A DNA stretch of 64,000 nt from Thermoproteota archaeon (GTDB taxonomy: Archaea; Korarchaeota; Korarchaeia; Korarchaeales; Korarchaeaceae): the NCBI GenBank assembly GCA_027491915.1, contig JAOZGC010000002.1, forward strand, positions 416,001 to 480,000. Direction: 5' to 3'. Below, piece after piece: positions 1 through 9,279 of the stretch. How positions within the stretch are numbered: position 1 is the first letter of the stretch; each line of letters opens with the position of its first letter. The notes under the pieces are model-generated. The model searched no databases. It was not told where the DNA came from and saw only the letters and a program-made list of their open reading frames with translations. Position numbers and translations under genes: made by a program.

Positions 1-1876
1 CCACGTCGACCTCGGCTCCGGGAGCGTATCGGTGGAGCCTCTGGACGGATCGCTGGCCGCCGAATACCTGGGAGGGACGGGTTTCGCGGCCAGGTGGCTC
101 TACGACGGGGTCGGTCCTGAGACCGACCCCCTGGGCCCCGACAACCTGCTCATATTCGCCGTCGGCGCCCTGACCGGGACGGCCTTCCCGCAGGCGAGCC
201 GGCACGTCATAGCCGCCAAGTCCCCCCTGACCGACATATACGGCGAGTCCCACGCCGCCGGCCACTGGGGGGCCGAGCTGAAGTTCGCGGGATACGACGC
301 CATCGTGTTCAGGGGGAGGTCGCCGAGGCCGGTCTACCTCTGGGTGGAGGACGGGTCGATAGAGCTCAGGGACGCCTCCGACCTGTGGGGCAGGACCACC
401 TACGAGACCGAGGCCATGATAAGGGAGGAGGCGGGAGATCCCTTCGTCAAGGTCGCCTCCATAGGGCAGGCTGGGGAGAACCTGGTCAGGTTCGCGGGGA
501 TCTTCAACGACCACGGGAGGGCGGCCGCCAGATCCGGCATAGGGGCGGTGATGGGATCCAAGAGGCTCAAGGCCGTGGCGGTAAGGGGGCACGGCTCGGT
601 GGAGCTGGCCGACCCCGACAGGTTCATGGAGCTCTTCTTCGACTGGAGGGAGAGGATGCTCTCCCACCCCTTCACCCCGGACAGGGTCAAGTACGGCACC
701 AACAACCTGGTGGAGCTGATGCAGGCCATAGGGAGGCTCCCGGCCTACAACCACAGGGAGGGGGTGTTCGACGAGTGGGAGAAGGTCTCCGGCGAGAGGA
801 TAACCAGGGAGTACCTGGTCGCCCCGAAGGCCGACTTCGCGTGCCTCCAGAGGTGCGGGAGGTTCGTCAGGGTCCCCTCCGGCAAGTACGCCATGGTGGG
901 CAAGGGCCCGGAGTACGAGGGGCTGGACGCCCTCGGCCCCAACGTGGGGAACTCCGACGTCGAGGCCCTCATATACGCCAACCACCTGTGCAACCAGTAC
1001 GGCATGGACGTGATATCCGCCGGGGGCGTCATAGCCTGGGCCATGGAGTCCTGGGAGAGGGGCCTCCTGACGGCGGAGGACACCGGAGGGCTGGAGCTCA
1101 GGTGGGGAGACGGAGACCTGATAGTGCAGCTCGTGGAGATGATAGCCTTCAGGAAGGGTTTCGGGGACCTACTGGCAGAGGGGGTCTACAGGGCCTCCAA
1201 GAAGATCGGCAGGGGAACGGAGAAGTACGCCATGCACGTCAAGAAGATGGAGATAGCTGCGCAGGACGGCAGGGCCCAGAAGTCCATGGGCCTGGCCCAC
1301 GCCACCTCCAACAGGGGGGCGGACCACCTGTACGCCTTCCCGGTGCTGGACGAGGTGGGCTTCGAGAAGGAGATAGTGGAGAGGTTCGGGGAGCGCTACC
1401 TGCCGGAGATGACCGACAGGCTCAATCCGAAGTACAAGGGGATCATGGTGAAGGAGCTGGAGGACTTCTGCGCCGTGGTTGAGGCCGTGGGGGTGTGCAA
1501 GTACGGGACCGTCATACCCCCCGTTTTCTACTACGGAGACCTGGCCGACGCCCTGACGGCCGCCACCGGGGTGACATACGACGAGGCCAGGCTCAGGCTC
1601 ATAGGGGAGAGGATAGTGAACCTGCAGAGGCTGTTCAACGTCAGGGAGGGGATAACCAGGAGGGACGACACCCTGCCCGAGAGGTTCACGAGGGAGCCCA
1701 TGCCCCGGGGACCCTCCAGGGGCCAGGTGGTGGAGCTGGACCAGATGCTGGACGAGTACTACGGGCACAGGGGGTGGGATCCGGAGACCGGGATACCCAC
1801 CAGGGAGAGGCTCGAGGCACTCGGGCTCGGGAGGGAGGCGGAGGAGCTGGCGGCCGCCGGCTACCCCGTCAAGTGA
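1..1876 (+). CDS. aor: Tungsten-containing aldehyde:ferredoxin oxidoreductase family protein (5' end probably cut by window edge)
   Basis: AOR motifs YLGGxG, DPLGPDN, KSPLT, GAVMGSKRLKA, GPEYE, GMDVIS, DTLPERF, YYxxRGWD. The reading frame is open upstream of the 32 GTG (HVDLGSGSVS). Confidence 0.93.
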   Translation, partial: HVDLGSGSVSVEPLDGSLAAEYLGGTGFAARWLYDGVGPETDPLGPDNLLIFAVGALTGTAFPQASRHVIAAKSPLTDIYGESHAAGHWGAELKFAGYDAIVFRGRSPRPVYLWVEDGSIELRDASDLWGRTTYETEAMIREEAGDPFVKVASIGQAGENLVRFAGIFNDHGRAAARSGIGAVMGSKRLKAVAVRGHGSVELADPDRFMELFFDWRERMLSHPFTPDRVKYGTNNLVELMQAIGRLPAYNHREGVFDEWEKVSGERITREYLVAPKADFACLQRCGRFVRVPSGKYAMVGKGPEYEGLDALGPNVGNSDVEALIYANHLCNQYGMDVISAGGVIAWAMESWERGLLTAEDTGGLELRWGDGDLIVQLVEMIAFRKGFGDLLAEGVYRASKKIGRGTEKYAMHVKKMEIAAQDGRAQKSMGLAHATSNRGADHLYAFPVLDEVGFEKEIVERFGERYLPEMTDRLNPKYKGIMVKELEDFCAVVEAVGVCKYGTVIPPVFYYGDLADALTAATGVTYDEARLRLIGERIVNLQRLFNVREGITRRDDTLPERFTREPMPRGPSRGQVVELDQMLDEYYGHRGWDPETGIPTRERLEALGLGREAEELAAAGYPVK

Positions 1877-1923
1877 CCAGTATATAGGGAAATTTTTATG
1901 AATTCTTTCCCTATATACCGGTC
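1875..1923. promoter_or_regulatory. 18-bp inverted repeat enclosing a TATA-like element (operator and/or terminator hairpin)
   Basis: GACCAGTATATAGGGAAA-N13(TTTTTATGAATTC)-TTTCCCTATATACCGGTC with 17/18 complementarity; AT-rich; ends immediately before GTG 1924. Confidence 0.75.
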
Positions 1924-3306
1924 GTGCTTCCCAGGGAGACGCTGGTCAGGGTGCTGAGGGACCAGCAAGAGGGGGTACCTCCCCCCCTCGTGAGGAGGGA
2001 TATCTCGATACCCACCCGCCCACCCCTCAGGAGGGCCGTCTCCGTGGTGGGGCCCAGGAGGGCCGGGAAGACCTACTCGATGTTCCAGCTCATGAGGGAC
2101 CTGATGTCCGCCGGGGTCGCCAGGGAGAGGCTCCTCTACCTGGACCTCGAGGACTACAGGCTGGCCGGAGCCGACCAGCGTGACCTCGGGAGGATAATAG
2201 ACCTCCACGCGGAGATTTACCCTGAGGCCTCTCGGGGGGAGAGGTGGATCTTTCTGGACGAGGTTCAGGCGATCCTCGGGTGGGAGGGGGTCGTCAGGAC
2301 CCTCCTGGACCTGGGGAGATCGTGGGTCTTCGTCACGGGTTCCTCCTCCAGGCTCCTGTCCAGGGAGGTGGCCACCCAGCTCAGGGGTAGGACCCTGACG
2401 TTCGAGCTGTTCCCCTTCTCGTTCAGGGAGTTCTTGAGGGCCAGGGGGGCCGGGGACCTGGTCAACGCCGCCGCCGGGGCGTCGAGCTCCGAGGAGGCGC
2501 GCCTGAAATCGCTCCTCCGGGAGTACCTCTCGCGGGGCGGGTACCCGGAGGCGGCGCTGAACCCCGGACTCGGGGAGAGGATACTCAGGGAGATATGGGA
2601 GGTGACCGTTTCCAGGGACCTGATAGACAGGTGGGGGATAAGGAACGTCAGGGCCCTGAGGCTCCTGGTGGGGGCGGTCAGGAGGTCGAGGGAGTTCTCG
2701 GTGCACGGGTTCTACAGGTACCTGAAGTCGATGGGCCTCAGGGTCGGCAAGGACACCCTCTACAACTACCTGGAGTACCTGAGGGACGCCATGATCGTCT
2801 TCCCCCTGCGGAGGTACTCCAGGTCCGTCAGGGAGATCGAGGCCACGTCTCCAAAGCTCTACCTGGTGGACAACGGGCTCTACCTCGGGGAGGTCGGGGA
2901 GGGGGAACTCATGGAGAACCTGGCGTTCCTGGAGCTGAGGCGGAGGGGGGCGGTGGAGGGAGAGAGGCTCTTCTACTGGAGGTCCAGGTCGGGATCCGGG
3001 GAGGTGGACTTCCTGATTGCGGACTCCCGACTCCGCCCGACGAGGCTCGTCCAGGTGACCCGAGAGGTCAGGTGGGACGACCCCAGGCAGGTCAGGAGGG
3101 AGCTTGGCTCCCTCGTCAGGGCGGCCCGGGAGACCGGGTGCCGGAGCCTTTGGGTGGTCACCTGGGATCAGGAGGGAGCCGAGGTCTTCGAGGGCGCGGA
3201 GGTCGAGCTGGTCCCCATGTGGAGGTGGGCGCTCGGGTTCCCCTCGGGGTTCTGGGAGGGGGTATCCCCCAGATTCCCGGCGGGCGCTCACCCGCCGGGG
3301 GAGTAG
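1924..3306 (+). CDS. AAA+ ATPase (AAA_14 + DUF4143 type) with C-terminal PD-(D/E)xK-like region
   Basis: Walker A GPRRAGKT, Walker B IFLDEVQ, VTGSSS, LRGR, PFSFREF, GGYPE, KLYLVDNG, EVDF. Confidence 0.9.
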   Translation: MLPRETLVRVLRDQQEGVPPPLVRRDISIPTRPPLRRAVSVVGPRRAGKTYSMFQLMRDLMSAGVARERLLYLDLEDYRLAGADQRDLGRIIDLHAEIYPEASRGERWIFLDEVQAILGWEGVVRTLLDLGRSWVFVTGSSSRLLSREVATQLRGRTLTFELFPFSFREFLRARGAGDLVNAAAGASSSEEARLKSLLREYLSRGGYPEAALNPGLGERILREIWEVTVSRDLIDRWGIRNVRALRLLVGAVRRSREFSVHGFYRYLKSMGLRVGKDTLYNYLEYLRDAMIVFPLRRYSRSVREIEATSPKLYLVDNGLYLGEVGEGELMENLAFLELRRRGAVEGERLFYWRSRSGSGEVDFLIADSRLRPTRLVQVTREVRWDDPRQVRRELGSLVRAARETGCRSLWVVTWDQEGAEVFEGAEVELVPMWRWALGFPSGFWEGVSPRFPAGAHPPGE

Positions 3307-4652
3307 CGGAACCCCGAGACGTCCCCCAGGATGAGGACCGGCTCCTTCCCCAGATCCAAGACCACCTCCCCCGCCCCCCGGGCTACCTCGCCGCCGGCCA
3401 GGTCCAGGACCGTTAGGTTCCCCCTCCCTTCTATCACCAGGGGACCGACCTGCTCCGGCCCCCTGACGACCCACCAGTCCTGCCAGACGACCGAGATCGG
3501 CCCTTGGGGCGTCGAGAACTTGAACAGGTAGGTCAGGGTGTCGTTCCGGGAGAGCTCCAGCTCGGCCCTCCCGAGCAGCCTCGAGAGGGTCTGGTACGCG
3601 TAGAACGCCCTCTTCTTGACCCCCTCCCCCCCGTCCCATGGTCCCTTCCCGTCGTAGACGAGTCCCGACTGGTCGAAGAATCCCTCGCCGGTCCCCTCGT
3701 AGCTGGGCTCCTCGACGTAGCACCAGAACACCTTCTCCACCCCCACGGCCCGGAGCACCACGAACCTCTTCACCAGGTCGGCGGCCTGCTCCTCCTCGGT
3801 CTGACACACCTCGCCGACGCAGCCGGAGAAGGTGGACGTCTCCTGGACCCAGATGGGCCTGTCACCCAGCCCGTACTCCTCCAGGACGGACCTCATCTCC
3901 CTGTATATCTCCACGCCGGACAGGTAGTTCTCGGCCCCGGGGAGCCGCCTGGACGGGGCCGCCAGCCCGTAGTAGTGGAAGTTGAACACGTCCACCAGGT
4001 CCCCGACCCCCCGATCCAGGAAGGCCCTCAGGTAGGGGATCAGGATGGACCCGTCGAGCAGGCCCCCCATGACGACCTTGCAGTCGGGGCAGGCCCTCTT
4101 TATCGCCGAGGCGTACACGGAAAATCTATCCGCGTACTCTTCCGGGCCGCAGGACGTCCCCCACCCGCCGTTCTCCTCGTTTCCCACCATCCAGAGGGTC
4201 ACCCTCCTCCCGACCAGCTCCGCTCCCCTGCCCTCGGTGTAGTACCTGACTATCTCCTCGACGGCCCGGGACGTCTCGTTGGGATCCCTCATCTCGGGGG
4301 CCCAGAAGGCTGCCAGCGGCTCCGATCCGTTCCCCACAACCCACCTCATCGCCTTTGTGTTCCTGATCTCCTGCTTGGATCCCACGTAATCGGGGGTGGC
4401 CCCCAGGAAGAAGCCGTAGCTGTGTACGTCCACCATGAGCTCGGAGAGGTACCTCTTGTCGTGGACTATACCCGTTATTCCGAAGAAACCGTCCCTCTCA
4501 GCCGGTTTGGGTTGGGGCTCCACCCCTCCCCCGGGCTCCACCCCTCCCCCGGGCTCCACCCCTCCGGGGCCTCTCGTGGCGAGCGCGGCCACAAAGAAGA
4601 ACGCGACGGCGACCGCCGCCAGGAGAATGGGGATCCTGCTCCCCCTTCCCAT
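3288..4652 (-). CDS. Membrane-anchored or secreted clan GH-A glycoside hydrolase (GH39/GH5-like)
   Basis: N-terminal hydrophobic anchor, (GGGVEP)n linker, acid/base WMVGNE, FNFHYY, nucleophile PIWVQE, K-x-A-F-x-A-Y, C-terminal beta-rich domain. Confidence 0.75.
   Translation of the reverse strand: MGRGSRIPILLAAVAVAFFFVAALATRGPGGVEPGGGVEPGGGVEPQPKPAERDGFFGITGIVHDKRYLSELMVDVHSYGFFLGATPDYVGSKQEIRNTKAMRWVVGNGSEPLAAFWAPEMRDPNETSRAVEEIVRYYTEGRGAELVGRRVTLWMVGNEENGGWGTSCGPEEYADRFSVYASAIKRACPDCKVVMGGLLDGSILIPYLRAFLDRGVGDLVDVFNFHYYGLAAPSRRLPGAENYLSGVEIYREMRSVLEEYGLGDRPIWVQETSTFSGCVGEVCQTEEEQAADLVKRFVVLRAVGVEKVFWCYVEEPSYEGTGEGFFDQSGLVYDGKGPWDGGEGVKKRAFYAYQTLSRLLGRAELELSRNDTLTYLFKFSTPQGPISVVWQDWWVVRGPEQVGPLVIEGRGNLTVLDLAGGEVARGAGEVVLDLGKEPVLILGDVSGFRYSPGG
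4515..4565. repeat. 18-bp in-frame tandem repeat, about 2.8 copies (GGGCTCCACCCCTCCCCC), encoding the GGGVEP linker
   Basis: Read directly from the sequence. Confidence 0.9.
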
Positions 4653-4748
4653 GGGCGCGAAACCGACCGCTTGAATAAAAACGGCGGCCCCGCCGGCCGC
4701 TCGGCCGCTTTTTAATGGTCCCCGCGCGCCGCCCGACCGGGACCTCCT

Positions 4749-6602
4749 CTGGACGAGGGCGGGGAGATCTCGCTGAAGAGGGACGTCGGCTGGTTCGGAT
4801 CTTTCGCGATGGGCTACGCCGACGTCGGGGCCGACGTGTTCATGGCGCTCGGGATGGTGGCCTCCTATGCCGCCGGGGCGCTTCCCCTGGCCTTCTCGGT
4901 GGCCGCCGTCGTTTACGTCCTCACCGGCCTCGTCTACGCCGAGCTGGCCTCAACCTACCCCTACGCCGGCGGGGCCCAGGTTTACGCCGCCCGCGGCCTG
5001 GGAGACGCGGCTGGCTTCGTCGCCGGGTGGGCCCTCATCCTGAGCTACACCGTGGACGTGGCCCTCTTCTCCCTTGCGGCGGCCGGTTACCTGTCCTACT
5101 TCCTCCCCTGGCTTGCCTCCCGCGTCGAGCTGTTCGGCCTCGGCGTGCGCAGCGTCTCGGCGTGCGCAGCTCTTGTCTCGGCCTCCCTGACGGCCCTGAA
5201 CCTGGTCGGCATAAGGGGATCCTCCCGCCTGAACGAGGCCATGGTGGCGCTGGGCCTGACCGTCCAGGCTCTGCTCCTGATCGTTGGTCTCGCCAGTTTG
5301 GATTTGGAGTCCCTCTCCGCTTCCATCTCTGAGGTGGGCAGCCCTGGGGCCAGGCCAGGGGTCTCCTACCTCCCCGGAATAGACCTGAGGACGCAGAACT
5401 TCCTCTACGCGTCGACCCTGGCCATGAGTTCCTTCGTAGGGGTTGAGTCCATCGCCCAGGCCGCCGAGGAGATAAGGAGACCCCACAGGTGGATCCCCGT
5501 GGCCACCAAGCTCTCGGTGGCCTCCGTCCTCGTGTTCGCCCTGGGCCTCTCGGCGGTGGGAGTCGGGACGGTCGGGTGGAGGGCCCTGGCTGCGGCGGAG
5601 GAGAGGCCCCTGACCGCCCTGGCCTTCTCCCTCCCCCTGATCGGTCCGATCGCCTCTCCGGTCGTGGCCGCCACGGGCTTCGCCATAAACCTGGTCTCGG
5701 CAAACACCGGGATAATAGGGGTCTCCAGGGTGGCCTACTCCATGGGGAAGTACGGCCTGCTCCCCTCTTGGTTCAGGGTGGTCCACCGAAGGTGGAGGAC
5801 GCCGGCGCGCACCGTGCTGACGTTCGGGGCCATAGGCTCGGCTGCCGCCCTGGTGGGGGGGCTGGATTCCGTCGCCGACGTCTACGCCTTCGGCGCCCTG
5901 ATCTCCTATCTCTTGGTTCACCTGAGCGTCATAAAGCTGAGGAACATGGACAGGGACGCCTACAGGCCCTGGAGGTCTCCTGGCTCCGTCTCTATCTCCG
6001 GGCGCGAGGTCCCGCTCGTCGGGGCGGCCGGCGCGCTGGCGACGGCCTCGATGCTCGCCCTGGTGGCCGCCATGCACCCGGTGGGGAGGACCATGGGCTC
6101 GGCGTGGATCGCGGCCGGACTGGCCGTATACGCCTCCTACAGGAGGGCCGTCGGCCTGCCGATCCTGGGAAGGCTGTCCGGTTCGGCGGTGAAGCCCGCC
6201 TCCCGCGTACTCGACGTGTTGGTTCCCCTGGAGCCCAGGTTCCCCCCCGAGGTCATCGCCGAGGCCGTCTCCTCGGCCCTCAGGGACAGGGCGAGGGTCC
6301 ACCTCCTGGCGGCCGTCGACCCGACCTCGCCGGGCGCCGCGTCCGAGGCCGAGGAGCTTTCTCGCTTCCTGGACGAGGTCGCCTCCCTCCTCAGGGACAG
6401 GGTGGCCGGGGTCGGCGCCTCCCTGAGGTGGGGAGATCCGGCCGACGCCACCTTAGAGGAGGCGAGGCGCGGCTCCTACGACCTGATTCTGATCCTGGCC
6501 GGAAGGAGGCCCGTCAAGGGATCCCCTGGCGGAATTATTAGTCGGCTGACCAGGGATCTCCCCGGCAGGCTGGAGGTGGTGAGATGGGGAAGTTCCTGGT
6601 GA
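4749..6602 (+). CDS. APC-family amino acid permease with C-terminal USP domain (probable CTG start)
   Basis: LKRDVGWFGSFAMG, YAELAS..P.AGG, SFVGVESIAQAAEE, SRVAYSM, RWRTP, C-terminal GDPA..YDLI USP signature. No ATG/GTG/TTG lies between the in-frame stop at 4713 and ATG 4809. Confidence 0.88.
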   Translation: MDEGGEISLKRDVGWFGSFAMGYADVGADVFMALGMVASYAAGALPLAFSVAAVVYVLTGLVYAELASTYPYAGGAQVYAARGLGDAAGFVAGWALILSYTVDVALFSLAAAGYLSYFLPWLASRVELFGLGVRSVSACAALVSASLTALNLVGIRGSSRLNEAMVALGLTVQALLLIVGLASLDLESLSASISEVGSPGARPGVSYLPGIDLRTQNFLYASTLAMSSFVGVESIAQAAEEIRRPHRWIPVATKLSVASVLVFALGLSAVGVGTVGWRALAAAEERPLTALAFSLPLIGPIASPVVAATGFAINLVSANTGIIGVSRVAYSMGKYGLLPSWFRVVHRRWRTPARTVLTFGAIGSAAALVGGLDSVADVYAFGALISYLLVHLSVIKLRNMDRDAYRPWRSPGSVSISGREVPLVGAAGALATASMLALVAAMHPVGRTMGSAWIAAGLAVYASYRRAVGLPILGRLSGSAVKPASRVLDVLVPLEPRFPPEVIAEAVSSALRDRARVHLLAAVDPTSPGAASEAEELSRFLDEVASLLRDRVAGVGASLRWGDPADATLEEARRGSYDLILILAGRRPVKGSPGGIISRLTRDLPGRLEVVRWGSSW

Positions 6603-6853
6603 TCCTCAACGTCTACGTTGACAGCAGGAGGCTGGAGGACGTGGTGGAGGCCCTCCTAGGGATGCCGGAGGTGGTGGACCTGTACGAGGTGACCGGGAGC
6701 TACGACGTGGTGGCGGTGGTGGAGACCGACTCCAAGGAGAGCTTCAGGTCTCTGCTGGTCAAGAGGATCCTGAGGATAGGGGGGGTCAAAGAGACCAACA
6801 GCTCCGTCATCCTCCACGTCCACAAGAGGGCCGGGGAGGCGGTGGAGGGTTGA
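6584..6853 (+). CDS. Stand-alone Lrp/AsnC ligand-binding (RAM) domain protein
   Basis: PEV..LYEVTGSYDVVA..GVKETNS motif; no HTH; overlaps the upstream gene. Confidence 0.88.
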   Translation: MGKFLVILNVYVDSRRLEDVVEALLGMPEVVDLYEVTGSYDVVAVVETDSKESFRSLLVKRILRIGGVKETNSSVILHVHKRAGEAVEG

Positions 6854-7269
6854 GCCCAAAGCTGAGGGTCCTGGCGCCGGTGGCCGGCCCCGAGGAGGCG
6901 GCCGCCCTCCTGGGGGTCCTGTCGGGCGTCCTCGCGGGGGGCTTCGAGGTGGTCGTCCTCGGCGTCATCCCCGTCCCGGCCGCCTCCCCCCTGGACGCCC
7001 CGGAGCTGGCAGACGAGGCGAGGGAACTGGAGACGACCCTCGGCGCGGCCGCGGCCCGCTCGCCAGTTCTCCCCGGGCGGGTGACCGCGAGGGTGGTCCT
7101 GGCCAGGGATCCCGCCGGGGCTGTGATGGAGTCGCTCGAGGGGTTCGACCTGCTCGCGGTCTCCACCGGGTTCCTGAGGTCTGCGCGTGGGGTGTTCGGC
7201 GGGATCAGGGTCGAGGACGCGGCGGAGGCCGGCATCCCGGTGCTCGTCTGGGCCGCCCCAGGGAGGTGA
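6850..7269 (+). CDS. Universal stress protein-like protein
   Basis: RVLAPV..VIPVP...PLDA...ARDPAGAV..FDLL..IPVLV; 4-bp overlaps on both sides. Confidence 0.65.
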   Translation: MSPKLRVLAPVAGPEEAAALLGVLSGVLAGGFEVVVLGVIPVPAASPLDAPELADEARELETTLGAAAARSPVLPGRVTARVVLARDPAGAVMESLEGFDLLAVSTGFLRSARGVFGGIRVEDAAEAGIPVLVWAAPGR

Positions 7270-8072
7270 TCGCGTCGCCCTCCCCACCCGACAGGGGGGA
7301 CGCGCTCCGCGTCGTCGGCTGGCTCGCCCTGGCCCAGTCCGTCGCCGGGGCCGCGGCCTGGCGGTTCGGAGTCATCCCTGAGTACCAGGTCGGTCCGGCC
7401 GAATCGGCCGGCCTGTCGGCCGGCTACGTCCTGGCCGTCTTCGCGGCGACGACGCTGATGTTGTACCTGCTCAGGAGGAGGCTCCTCTCCCTCCTGAGGC
7501 TTCTGATCTCGGCCTCCCTCTCCCTGTCCACCCTGGTCACCACGGCCTACCTCCTGGAATCCGCGGGCCTCCGGCCCGAGGTTTACCTCCCCGCGTCGTG
7601 CGCCGCGGCCCTCCTGGTCCTCCGCCCCGGGCTGCCCGGGAACGCGGCGAAGGCCGTATCGGCCGGGGCACTGGGCTACTTCTTCTCCACCCTCTTCCCC
7701 ACTCACTTCTCCCTCATCCTACTCGCGATGATGGCCGCATACGACGCCTACGCGGTCTTCAGGGGTCCCCTGTCCAGGATCTTGTCGGACGCGGCCTCGG
7801 TCTCCGAGCCCCGGGGCGGCCGGGTGATGGACCTGCTGACCATCCAGACCGGCGGGGTCTCCATAGGGTACGGCGACGCCTTCTTCTACTCCCTGGCGAC
7901 CGCGGTGTCCGTGGGCTCCCTCCCGCCGGTCCCCGCCCTCGCCTCCGTGGTCGCCCTGGAGGCCGGGATAGCGGCGACGCTGCTGGCCCTCCCGAAGGTC
8001 GGGAGGCCCCTGCCGGGGCTGACCCTCCCGGTGGCCCTGTGGCTGGCCTCCCTCCTGCTCTGGGGACCGTAA
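7266..8072 (+). CDS. Presenilin/SPP-family intramembrane aspartyl protease
   Basis: YD (AAYDAYAV), GxGD (IGYGDAFFYS) and PAL-like (PLPGL) motifs in a multi-TM protein. Confidence 0.85.
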   Translation: MIASPSPPDRGDALRVVGWLALAQSVAGAAAWRFGVIPEYQVGPAESAGLSAGYVLAVFAATTLMLYLLRRRLLSLLRLLISASLSLSTLVTTAYLLESAGLRPEVYLPASCAAALLVLRPGLPGNAAKAVSAGALGYFFSTLFPTHFSLILLAMMAAYDAYAVFRGPLSRILSDAASVSEPRGGRVMDLLTIQTGGVSIGYGDAFFYSLATAVSVGSLPPVPALASVVALEAGIAATLLALPKVGRPLPGLTLPVALWLASLLLWGP

Positions 8073-9197
8073 TCACCCCGGCGACGGCCGAGGCAGCCCG
8101 GAGGAGGCCAGGCGGGCGTATCCCTCCGCGGCCCTCCCCAACTCTCCCACCTCCACCGACTCGTCCGGCGTGTGGGCGGCGGACTCCTCGCCGGGGCCGT
8201 AGCCCAGGGTCGGGATCCCCTCCTCCCCGGCCGAGTAGGAGCCGTCCGTGCCGAACCTCCACACGGTCCTCCCAGCGCCGAGCACCCGCTGGGCCCAGTC
8301 GACCAGGGGACCCTCGTAGATCCAGGCCGGGAAGAAGGCCTCCACCTCCTCCGAGAATCCGGTGTAGCACCTGATCTCCCTCCGGACCACCCTGGCCTCC
8401 CTGGTTCCCCCGGCCGAGAGGAACCTCAGCACCGACTCCCTGGTCTCCCCCGGGACCATCCTGTAGTCCACCAGGACCTCGCAGGAGTCGGGGACCACTG
8501 GTATCTGCCCCGGACTGCAGGAGATGGCCACAGGGCAGGCGGTAGCCCTGCCGAGCAGGGGGTGATCGGGCAGGTCAGCCTCCCCCAGCTCCAGCGCTGC
8601 CCTGGCCGCCTTGACCAGCGCGCTGTCCCCGACGTCCGGCATGCTGGAGTGGCTGGTCCTCCCGCGGAACTCCAGGGCTACCTCGACCCTCCCCCTGTGT
8701 CCCACGGCCACCCTGAGTCCGGTGGCCTCCCCCAGGATGACCAGGTCCGGCCTCACCCCGAGCTCGTCCAGCGCGTGCCTCAGGCCGAACCCCTCCTGAT
8801 CCTCCTCGTGGACCACGAAGGCGAGGTACAGGTCGCTGGCCGGCTCCCCGATGAGCCCCACGGAGTGCACCATGGCCGCCACCGCCCCCTTCATGTCGGC
8901 CGCCCCCCGACCCACGAGCCTGCCCCCCCTGACCTCGCCGGCGAACGGGTCCACCGACCAGGCCGCCTCGTCTCCCGGGGGGACCACGTCCATGTGCCCG
9001 TCGAACAGGATCGCGCCCTCCCCGGACCCGGAGACTTTGGCCAGGACGTTTCCGACCCCATCCACCCTAACCCAGTCGACCCCCACCCTCGACAGCTCGT
9101 CCCTTATCAGGGCGGCCACGTCGCCCTCCGCCCCGGAGGGACTCGGGGTCCTCACCAGCTCCGCCGCGAACTCCACCAGTTCCCGGTCCGTGGGCAT
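8073..9197 (-). CDS. M20 family metallo-hydrolase (ArgE/DapE/YgeY-like)
   Basis: DGHMDVV, GRGAADMKG, HEE, GE.T, HSS.P, FGTDG, AHTPDE. Confidence 0.9.
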   Translation of the reverse strand: MPTDRELVEFAAELVRTPSPSGAEGDVAALIRDELSRVGVDWVRVDGVGNVLAKVSGSGEGAILFDGHMDVVPPGDEAAWSVDPFAGEVRGGRLVGRGAADMKGAVAAMVHSVGLIGEPASDLYLAFVVHEEDQEGFGLRHALDELGVRPDLVILGEATGLRVAVGHRGRVEVALEFRGRTSHSSMPDVGDSALVKAARAALELGEADLPDHPLLGRATACPVAISCSPGQIPVVPDSCEVLVDYRMVPGETRESVLRFLSAGGTREARVVRREIRCYTGFSEEVEAFFPAWIYEGPLVDWAQRVLGAGRTVWRFGTDGSYSAGEEGIPTLGYGPGEESAAHTPDESVEVGELGRAAEGYARLASSGLPRPSPG

Positions 9198-9279
9198 AGG
9201 TCTCGACCGACCCCCAGGGATAAAAATCGGCCCGGCGTCGGTGCAATTTTTTTACAGCCGTCCCCTCCTCCCGGCCGCG

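Noticed and set aside
4515-4565. Short repeats as a CRISPR array (also 14549-14592)
   Set aside because: No spacers, in-frame within linkers, and no cas genes.
8073-9197. Selenium-linked system or stop-codon recoding suggested by the YgeY-like hydrolase
   Set aside because: No in-frame TGA/TAG interrupts any recognised gene, and no sel or pyl genes are present.
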